DNA of 64,000 bases from a virus: positions 1-64,000 of IMG/VR virus record IMGVR_UViG_3300020419_001305; one strand, given 5' to 3'. Position numbers and translations under genes: made by a program. The notes beneath the pieces were generated by a model. It was given only the letters and a program-made list of their open reading frames with translations. It was not told the DNA's origin and did not search any database. Of the stretch, positions 57,065 through 64,000 are shown one piece after another. Position 1 is the first letter of the stretch. Every line of letters starts with the position of its first letter.

Positions 57065-57814
57065 ATGGCTGGTATTAGCAAATCTCAAAAACTAGAATTA
57101 TCAAATATAGCAGTTGAACTAGATTCAGAGGAAGTTGGATTAATAAGGTATGTATTAGAAAGCTACTTTACTATGACATCTGTAGCTAGATTAGTCAATA
57201 CGCTAAAATCTTGCAAATACGCTGTACAGAATAATATTCCAGGAGATTTTGTTGAATGCGGTGTTTGGCGTGGAGGTCATGGAATACTGGCTAAAAAAAT
57301 ATTTGAACGAATGGGATCAAACAAAAAAGTTTGGATGTTTGATACATTTGAAGGAATGGCAGAACCTACAGAGTTTGATGTAAACGCAAGAACAAAAGAG
57401 TTAGCAACAGTAAAATATAATGAAACAAAAACCAATACGCATGTTGATTGGTGTTACGCATCTTTAGAAGATGTGAAAAAATGTTGTGTATCATCAGGTA
57501 TAGACACAACTAACATAAATTTTATTAAGGGTGATGTTTGCGAAACATTAAAAGACCCAGATAATAGACCAACACAGATATCAGTGCTTAGATTAGACAC
57601 TGATTGGTATAAGTCAACTAAGACTGAATTACATTGGTTGTATCCTATTTTAAGTGCTAATGGTGTGTTAATCATTGATGATTACGGGCATTGGCAGGGA
57701 TCGCGTAAAGCAGTAGACGAATATTTTGCCAAAACACAATACAAACCTTTGTTTAACGTGGTAGATTTTACAGGACGTTCAGCAATTAAGATAAATAATA
57801 TGACAGGAGAATAG
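57065..57814 (+). CDS. TylF/MycF-family O-methyltransferase
   Basis: GDFVECGVWRGG, FDTFEG, LRLDTDWY.ST, IDDYG.W.G. Confidence 0.92.
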   Translation: MAGISKSQKLELSNIAVELDSEEVGLIRYVLESYFTMTSVARLVNTLKSCKYAVQNNIPGDFVECGVWRGGHGILAKKIFERMGSNKKVWMFDTFEGMAEPTEFDVNARTKELATVKYNETKTNTHVDWCYASLEDVKKCCVSSGIDTTNINFIKGDVCETLKDPDNRPTQISVLRLDTDWYKSTKTELHWLYPILSANGVLIIDDYGHWQGSRKAVDEYFAKTQYKPLFNVVDFTGRSAIKINNMTGE

Positions 57815-57815
57815 C

Positions 57816-58388
57816 ATGGCTAGTAATATAAATGATACGGGTGTAAACAAGGATTACCCAGTAGCAGGTCAAGATAACGATTCACAAGGATTCAGAGATA
57901 ACTTCAACGTTATCAAGGATAACTTTGTTGCCGCAAAAAGCGAAATTGAAACCCTACAAACTAATACAGCAAAGCTGAATGCTTCAAATAACTTCTTAGC
58001 AAATAATATTCAAAACGCAAACTTCATTAACAACAGTTATGGTTATTTTGCTGGTGGAACAGTCAACTCTAGTCAAAACGTAAACTATAGTAACGGAAAC
58101 TATCAGGCATTTACTGTTGGTGCTGATATTACACTTACATTCGCAGAATGGCCAGCAACAACTAAAACTGGTGTAGTCAGAGTTTTTGTAAACAATGACG
58201 GTGTACAAAGAACAATTACTTTCGCTTCGAATGCCGGAGCAGGTACAATCAAAAGAAATAATAATTGGTCAGGAGCAGGAAATACATTTGTTATAGACAC
58301 TCCTAACACAAGGACTTATGTATTCGAGTTTATTAGTTTCGATGCTGGTGCGACTGTATTCGCAGATTACATTGGTTACTATGAATAA
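57816..58388 (+). CDS. structural protein
   Basis: YPVAGQDNDSQGFRDNF N-terminus; late promoter. Confidence 0.7.
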   Translation: MASNINDTGVNKDYPVAGQDNDSQGFRDNFNVIKDNFVAAKSEIETLQTNTAKLNASNNFLANNIQNANFINNSYGYFAGGTVNSSQNVNYSNGNYQAFTVGADITLTFAEWPATTKTGVVRVFVNNDGVQRTITFASNAGAGTIKRNNNWSGAGNTFVIDTPNTRTYVFEFISFDAGATVFADYIGYYE

Positions 58389-58618
58389 TGATTCATCCAT
58401 TTAGTGAAGATACTGCTGACCTATCTGTAAACGAGTTACATGACAAAGTAGCAGAGTTATCCAAAAAATATTTTCAAACTCAAAATCCTCAGGTAAAAGA
58501 ACAAATATCTACGTTTATTGAGTTTTACAAACAAGAAGCCCGAATAAAAGAAGAAAAACAACGCCAAGAAGAACAAAATGGCAATTTAGATCTTGACAAT
58601 TTGATCAATGTATCGTAA
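58388..58618 (+). CDS. hypothetical protein
   Basis: 76-aa helical ORF, coupled start. Confidence 0.6.
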   Translation: MIHPFSEDTADLSVNELHDKVAELSKKYFQTQNPQVKEQISTFIEFYKQEARIKEEKQRQEEQNGNLDLDNLINVS

Positions 58619-58628
58619 AATATAATTA

Positions 58629-59150
58629 ATGCTTATGAAGACAGATAATTTCGGAATACCCAAGTTCACGGGCGAAGATCTAGTAGATTTGATTTACGAA
58701 GGTAAAATCAATAAATGCCACACGGTGTTATGTGAACCTACTGAGGAAGTTGATAAGTTCAACACCTTGGCAGAAGAGTTTGGTATTCCTACACTAAAAA
58801 AATACAAAGAAGTAGATGTTTCAAAAGAGCAGTTTGATGAGATTTGTCAAAGCGAATGGTTTATGCCTGATTACTACAAACGCATAGACGTCGAAAAGTA
58901 TCTTAAAGACAAATGTACAAATTCAAAAGAAATTGAAAGAGTTGAACAAGAACTAGTAGAGTATGAACAAAGGCAGATGTATAATTTGTTAAGGTACATG
59001 ATCTATCTAGTAGACTTTATGAGAGAAAATCATATTGTTTGGGGTGTAGGCAGAGGATCTAGTGTAGCCAGTTACATACTATATTTAATTGGTATACATA
59101 AAGTAAATTCAATCCAATATGACCTGGATTACACCGAGTTCTTGAGATAA
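58629..59150 (+). CDS. DNA polymerase III alpha (DnaE)-like fragment
   Basis: R...EL, GVGRGSSVAS..LYLIGI..V....Y.L...EFL. Confidence 0.8.
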   Translation: MLMKTDNFGIPKFTGEDLVDLIYEGKINKCHTVLCEPTEEVDKFNTLAEEFGIPTLKKYKEVDVSKEQFDEICQSEWFMPDYYKRIDVEKYLKDKCTNSKEIERVEQELVEYEQRQMYNLLRYMIYLVDFMRENHIVWGVGRGSSVASYILYLIGIHKVNSIQYDLDYTEFLR

Positions 59151-59178
59151 GTACATATATAATAGAAGGAGGTCAGTT

Positions 59179-59571
59179 ATGGCAGTTAGACAAACAGGTA
59201 GAAAACAATACCGTACAATGCAAGGTAAAAACGTTGATATGGATCTTCTACGTCAAAGAAATGAACTTACACCAGCAGTTGGTAACGTAAGAGTTAACGC
59301 AAGAGGCGACGAGCTAGGCCCAGGTGGTAAGATTGTTAGAAAACGTGAAGAAGTCCTTAGAGACTATTACGAAGACAATGTACCTGCTACCGAGTTCGAA
59401 ACACCAGTTCAGTCAGCAAAAGTAGAAGCGGACGAAGCTCCAGCAGTACAAGTAGAAGAACAAAAAAAATCTTCTAGTGTAAAAGCAAAGTCTGGAAAAA
59501 CTAAAGCGGAAACCGCTGAAGAAGATTGGGTTGAAGACAAAGACGGCAATTTTGTTAAAAGAGGTGCGTAA
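59179..59571 (+). CDS. hypothetical protein
   Basis: AGGAGG RBS; AVGN..VNARGDELG.GG. Confidence 0.7.
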   Translation: MAVRQTGRKQYRTMQGKNVDMDLLRQRNELTPAVGNVRVNARGDELGPGGKIVRKREEVLRDYYEDNVPATEFETPVQSAKVEADEAPAVQVEEQKKSSSVKAKSGKTKAETAEEDWVEDKDGNFVKRGA

Positions 59572-59969
59572 TGGCAACTAATCTACATACAATTCAGGGA
59601 GACCTTACCCCTGTAAAAAATAGAGTATTAGTAAGGGACATGTATTTCGGAGAGCAGAAAACAGCAGGTGGTTTGATTATTTCAAACGACGATGGTACTA
59701 CCCGAGGTATATATCCTAGATGGGGTAAAGTTTATGCTAAAGGACCAACCAACATAGATGATTATGATGTTGGTGATTGGATACTAATACAGCATGGAAG
59801 ATGGACTAGAGGAATTAACATTCATAACGGAGCAGAAGAAGTCGAGCTTAGAATGGTTGAAGCAGAAAGTGTTTTAGCAGTAAGTGAAGAAAGACCAAGT
59901 GATGCTATGATTGGTCAAGAATATTCCGATGGCCCAGTTGACATTCGACCTGAAGAATTTATGGGGTGA
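59571..59969 (+). CDS. GroES-like co-chaperonin
   Basis: PVKNRVLV, KTAGGLII, G.V.A.GP, VGD.IL. Confidence 0.85.
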   Translation: MATNLHTIQGDLTPVKNRVLVRDMYFGEQKTAGGLIISNDDGTTRGIYPRWGKVYAKGPTNIDDYDVGDWILIQHGRWTRGINIHNGAEEVELRMVEAESVLAVSEERPSDAMIGQEYSDGPVDIRPEEFMG

Positions 59970-60427
59970 CCAAATTGATAGATTTAGAAACAGTTAAAAG
60001 AAATACAGTAGATAAGAAACCCACTAGCATAGTAGACCTAAACAAATATAAACAGTTTGTAGAAAAAGTTACATCAGATGAATCCAATGATTGGTCATTT
60101 ACCCAAGCCAGACTTCACGAGCTTAATGACGAAGTTAATATATCATTGTTGTTAACCGGAGCAATTGGTATTGCTTCAGAAGGAGGCGAGTATGCTGAGA
60201 TTGTTAAGAAATGTATATTCCAAGGTAAGCCTTTGGATGATGACACGAAATTTCATATTAAGCGAGAACTTGGTGATATTATTTGGTATTGGATTAATTC
60301 ATGCCGGGCGTTGGATCTAGACCCAAATGAAGTAATATCAGAGAATGTGAATAAATTAAGTTCTAGGTATCCAGATGGAGAGTTTGATGTCCATTATTCA
60401 GAGAATAGAAAAGAAGGCGATTTGTAA
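59966..60427 (+). CDS. MazG-like nucleotide pyrophosphohydrolase
   Basis: G.ASEGGE, KRELGDI.WY, N..KL..RYP. Confidence 0.88.
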   Translation: MTKLIDLETVKRNTVDKKPTSIVDLNKYKQFVEKVTSDESNDWSFTQARLHELNDEVNISLLLTGAIGIASEGGEYAEIVKKCIFQGKPLDDDTKFHIKRELGDIIWYWINSCRALDLDPNEVISENVNKLSSRYPDGEFDVHYSENRKEGDL

Positions 60428-60488
60428 TACCAAAAAGTCTTGACATTCCGTGTTGTTTATGTTATTATATACAAAATAGGAGTGTAAA

Positions 60489-60653
60489 ATGAAGTTTCCA
60501 AAACCACAATCAAGCGGTATCGGTACAACAGGAGTTGTAGGCGTTGCCCTTATGACATTACATTTACTAGATATTATACAAGGCTGGGGATGGCCAATAC
60601 TGTATGTATTACTTATTTTAATAGCAATGGGTCAAGAAAATAGGAAAGGCTAA
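60489..60653 (+). CDS. small membrane protein, 54 aa, absent from the ORF track
   Basis: AGGAG RBS after a TTGACA promoter; two hydrophobic stretches. Confidence 0.55.
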   Translation: MKFPKPQSSGIGTTGVVGVALMTLHLLDIIQGWGWPILYVLLILIAMGQENRKG

Positions 60654-60778
60654 TGGCAAAAAGAAACAAACTTGAAAGAAAGCTAGACGAATACAATCAT
60701 ACAATGGAACTTATTAGAACCATTGTACCAATTGCTGTCTTAGTTTTACAAGTTATTATTTTAGTGAAGTTAATGTAA
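60653..60778 (+). CDS. small membrane protein, 41 aa, absent from the ORF track
   Basis: TAATG coupling; MAKRNKLERKLDEYNHTMELIRT plus TM. Confidence 0.55.
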   Translation: MAKRNKLERKLDEYNHTMELIRTIVPIAVLVLQVIILVKLM

Positions 60779-61453
60779 ATGGGTAAAAGTGTTTATGATA
60801 TAATAAAAAGACGTAAACATGTGGTTCATTACGACATGAATCAAATTCCATCAAAAGTAGAGATAGAGAAATGTTTAAGAGCGGCATGGTCAATGACTCC
60901 TTCAAAACAAAACTGCCATCCTTATAGTATTAATATATTAGGTCCAGAACACAAAGAACAAAAAATTAAACTATGGAATTTAGTAAAAGGTAATCATTAT
61001 ACAATGGAAGAAAAAGGTGTACAAGTAGGAATGATAGACTCAGTAAGCGGTAGACCTAATCCTTACTATTATCATATAAAGATAAATCCTTACACACTTA
61101 TCATTACACCAAGACTAATTTTAAAACAAAATGAACATTATACAAGGCAGATTAAAGGGGGACATTACATGGAGCAAATGGACCCTGTTAGAATGGAGAG
61201 CAGAAAAGATATAGATTCAATTTCAGTTGAAGTAGGATTTTTCTGTGCGAATCTATGTGCTTTATTGATGGAAAGAGGATTAGATATAAGTTATACAAAT
61301 TGCTTTCCAAGACGTTTAGAATATTGGAAAGAGTTTCCTTTTTTAAAGTATGCTCCTGTTCTACTAGTTAGTATAGGAAAGGCTGAACATTATAGAGGAC
61401 TTGTTGAAGGAGATACGAAAGCACCCTTTAAAGATATAATAGAATGGAGATAG
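60779..61453 (+). CDS. nitroreductase-like protein
   Basis: IIKRRK.V..Y, AW..TPS.QN..PY, GLD.S. Confidence 0.7.
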   Translation: MGKSVYDIIKRRKHVVHYDMNQIPSKVEIEKCLRAAWSMTPSKQNCHPYSINILGPEHKEQKIKLWNLVKGNHYTMEEKGVQVGMIDSVSGRPNPYYYHIKINPYTLIITPRLILKQNEHYTRQIKGGHYMEQMDPVRMESRKDIDSISVEVGFFCANLCALLMERGLDISYTNCFPRRLEYWKEFPFLKYAPVLLVSIGKAEHYRGLVEGDTKAPFKDIIEWR

Positions 61454-61454
61454 T

Positions 61455-62000
61455 ATGGCAACACATGGAATGATAGATTTAGAAACACTAGGAGTTAATC
61501 CTGATAGTGTTATTATCACACTAGGTGCGATAAAGTTCAACCCTTTCAATAATACAGAGCCACATAACCCTTTGTACTTAAGATGCGACATAGAAGAACA
61601 AAGTGAAAATCTAAATAGAAAAATAGATGAAAATACTATGAAATGGTGGGGTAAACAATCGCAAGAAATACAAGACGAAGCGTTTGGTGATCATGATCGA
61701 GTTGACAGTGAAGAACTTACTAAACAACTAAACAAATGGTGTGTTGGACTAGATTATATTTGGTGCCAAGGTCCTGCGTTTGATTTTGTTATGTTACAAG
61801 ATTTATACAAGGATTTAGGAAAACCTGTGCCCTGGAACTTCTGGCAAATAAGAGATAGTAGAACATTATTTAAGATGCTTCCACAAGATCCTAGAAAAAA
61901 GATTCAACAGTCGGCACATAACGCATTAGCAGATTGTTACTATCAAGCAAAATGTGTTCAAGAAACATACGAACATTTTGGAGTTAAAAGTGAAAGCTAG
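61455..62000 (+). CDS. DEDDh 3'-5' exonuclease
   Basis: MIDLETL, FD, RDSRT, HNALAD. Confidence 0.88.
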   Translation: MATHGMIDLETLGVNPDSVIITLGAIKFNPFNNTEPHNPLYLRCDIEEQSENLNRKIDENTMKWWGKQSQEIQDEAFGDHDRVDSEELTKQLNKWCVGLDYIWCQGPAFDFVMLQDLYKDLGKPVPWNFWQIRDSRTLFKMLPQDPRKKIQQSAHNALADCYYQAKCVQETYEHFGVKSES

Positions 62001-62301
62001 AAAATTAATTGATGGAAGTATAGTAGAAGAACTAGATAAACCTACAAAATTGGTTATAGAAACAAAATGTCCAGGTAAATGGAAAATAGTCGACATGGAA
62101 ACAGGTCAAGCATATATTGGAACGGACAAAGATAAAAAGTTTCAGTATTGGCAATCTATAGACAATGATAGATTGACAAATATAGAAAAAGAAATTAAAC
62201 TACTTAATGAGAAGTTAGGTAAACATATTGAATTTATTGATCAAACTTATGAAGGACTTAAAAATCCAATTAACGCGGCAAGGAGGTGGTTAGGACGATG
62301 A
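61990..62301 (+). CDS. hypothetical protein
   Basis: TKCP.KW..VD.ETG; start approximate. Confidence 0.55.
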   Translation: MKARKLIDGSIVEELDKPTKLVIETKCPGKWKIVDMETGQAYIGTDKDKKFQYWQSIDNDRLTNIEKEIKLLNEKLGKHIEFIDQTYEGLKNPINAARRWLGR

Positions 62302-63215
62302 AGGAACTTTGGGTAGAAAAATATAGACCAAAAGATGTCAAAGGCTATGTGTTCCGAGATGAACATCAACGTAAACAAGTTGAACAATGGATCAAAGACG
62401 GAACTATTCCGCACTTGCTATTTTCAGGAAATGCTGGTATTGGTAAAACTACCCTTGCTAAGATATTACTCAATCAACTAGAAGTAAATGATTTAGATGT
62501 ATTAGAAATTAATGCTAGTAGGACTAATAGTGTAGAAGACGTTAGAGATAAGGTTGTAAACTTTGTACAAATGATTCCTTTTGGAGAATTTAAAGTTGTA
62601 CTATTAGATGAAGCAGATTATCTAAGTCCAAACGCACAAGCGGCATTGCGTGGTGTAATGGAAGAATATCATACGACAAGTAGGTTCATACTTACTTGTA
62701 ACTATCCAAATAGGATTATTCCGGCACTCCATAGTAGATGCCAAGGCTTTCATATTGAAAGAATTGATCAAACTGAGTTTACTGCCCGTGTAGCAGAAAT
62801 ACTTATTGCTGAAGAAATTACTCCAGATATTGATACATTAGATACATACGTAAAGGCAACATATCCTGACTTACGTAAGTGTATAAATATGGTACAAATG
62901 AATAGTGTCAGTGGTGAATTAGTTCCACCAGAAAAAAGCGACACTGGAGAAAGCGATTGGAAACTTGAAATGACTGAACTGTTTAAAGCAGGTCAGATTT
63001 CAAAAGCAAGAAAATTAGTTTGTAGTCAGGCCCGCCCTGAGGAGATCGAAGACGTGTACAAGTGGTTATATGACAACATTGATTTGTTTGGTGATGAAGC
63101 AAAGCAGGAAAGTGCTATTCTAATCATTAAACAAGGACTTGTTGATCATACACTTGTATCTGATCCAGAGATAAATCTAGCGGCAACTATGATTAGACTA
63201 GCAAGGATGAAATGA
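62298..63215 (+). CDS. clamp loader AAA+ subunit (gp44/RFC-like)
   Basis: [25 protein letters not shown]. Confidence 0.95.
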   Translation: MKELWVEKYRPKDVKGYVFRDEHQRKQVEQWIKDGTIPHLLFSGNAGIGKTTLAKILLNQLEVNDLDVLEINASRTNSVEDVRDKVVNFVQMIPFGEFKVVLLDEADYLSPNAQAALRGVMEEYHTTSRFILTCNYPNRIIPALHSRCQGFHIERIDQTEFTARVAEILIAEEITPDIDTLDTYVKATYPDLRKCINMVQMNSVSGELVPPEKSDTGESDWKLEMTELFKAGQISKARKLVCSQARPEEIEDVYKWLYDNIDLFGDEAKQESAILIIKQGLVDHTLVSDPEINLAATMIRLARMK

Positions 63216-63562
63216 CATACCTAGTTACTGAGGATTGTATTAAATGTAAACATATGGATTGCGTAGAAGTATGTCCTGTGGACTGTTTTTACGAGGGTGA
63301 AAACATGCTAGTAATACATCCAGACGAATGTATTGATTGCGGAGTATGTGAACCAGAATGTCCTGTTGATGCTATTGTTCCAGATGCGAATTTAGAAGGT
63401 ACTGAATTAGATTATTGGATGAAAATTAATACAGACATGTCTAACAAGTGGCCAAACATCACAGAAGTAAGGTCCGATGATGTACCTGCTGATGCTAAAG
63501 AATGGGCAGGCAAACCTAATAAGAGAGAACTTTTATCCTTTGAGCCTGGTAAAGGTGATTAA
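63212..63562 (+). CDS. fdxA: ferredoxin, FdxA type
   Basis: [18 protein letters not shown]...[12 protein letters not shown]. Confidence 0.93.
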   Translation: MTYLVTEDCIKCKHMDCVEVCPVDCFYEGENMLVIHPDECIDCGVCEPECPVDAIVPDANLEGTELDYWMKINTDMSNKWPNITEVRSDDVPADAKEWAGKPNKRELLSFEPGKGD

Positions 63563-63882
63563 TGAAACTTAGATGTAAACACATTCTTTTAAGTCACAAA
63601 GACGCAGAAAATACTTCACATCAACGACCCTTAGGTACAGCCGTAACAGATGCTGAAAACATAATTAAAGATTTGAAAACAGGTAAAATTAAATTTGAAG
63701 ATGCGGCCGCAGAACATAGTGCCTGTGCTAGTGGACCTAGACATGGCGGAGATCTTGGCTGGTTTGAAGAACATAAAATGCACCCTGACTTTACAAATGC
63801 TGTAAAAGTCATAGGAATAGATACTATAGGTCCACCTGTAATATCACCTTGGGGTGTTCATATTGTATTGAGGACAGGATGA
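63562..63882 (+). CDS. parvulin-type peptidyl-prolyl isomerase
   Basis: HILL, F...A..HS.C.S...GGDLG.F, S.WG.HI. Confidence 0.92.
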   Translation: MKLRCKHILLSHKDAENTSHQRPLGTAVTDAENIIKDLKTGKIKFEDAAAEHSACASGPRHGGDLGWFEEHKMHPDFTNAVKVIGIDTIGPPVISPWGVHIVLRTG

Positions 63883-64000
63883 ATATAAAAAGATATGATT
63901 GGAATCATCTAATCACTCAACGAGATAGAGATGCGGTTTGTGACGATGTAGTACAAGCTGTAAAAGATGGAAAATTTTGGACCAATAGTCCCAAGTTTCA
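63879..64000 (+). CDS. partial ORF running off the window
   Basis: ATGA overlap; open to the end of the window. Confidence 0.5.
   Translation, partial: MNIKRYDWNHLITQRDRDAVCDDVVQAVKDGKFWTNSPKF

Noticed and set aside
1-64000. CRISPR array, DGR/retron, integrase, transposase or stop-codon recoding
   Set aside because: No spaced direct repeats, reverse transcriptase or recombinase motifs seen; genes are full length in the standard code and there is no suppressor tRNA
1-64000. Cellular (bacterial) origin suggested by many metabolic genes
   Set aside because: T4-like late promoters, baseplate and fibre genes, clamp loader and isolated pathway genes indicate a phage

Overview
64 kb of an AT-rich, large T4-like (myovirus-type) marine phage genome, almost all on the + strand. 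Several features point to an alphaproteobacterial host: a circularly permuted tmRNA, PcyX, an FdxA-type ferredoxin and a ROSE-like element. Contents: nrdA/nrdB/glutaredoxin, DNA ligase, clamp loader and a DnaE fragment; a baseplate/tail block (41.5-58.4 kb) with a 2627-aa protein and a subtilisin; three tRNAs (Trp-CCA, Arg-GCG, Thr-TGT); and many auxiliary genes. These cover tetrapyrroles (hemC, hemE, heme-oxygenase-like, pcyX), translation and proteostasis (tmRNA, rpsU, clpP, clpS, hsp20, groES, parvulin, csp), redox (sodC, peroxiredoxin, iscA, fdx, nitroreductase), nucleotides (guaC, mazG, queD, uvdE) and envelope/glycan functions. Best candidate for a new system: the giant virion protein contains two nested domains that align by eye, without gaps, to the bilin-attachment helix of phycobiliproteins (KCxRDxGY...L..GG), and the same genome carries a heme-to-phycoerythrobilin pathway. 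This suggests bilin-chromophorylated virions. All calls come from visual motif recognition; no searches were run.
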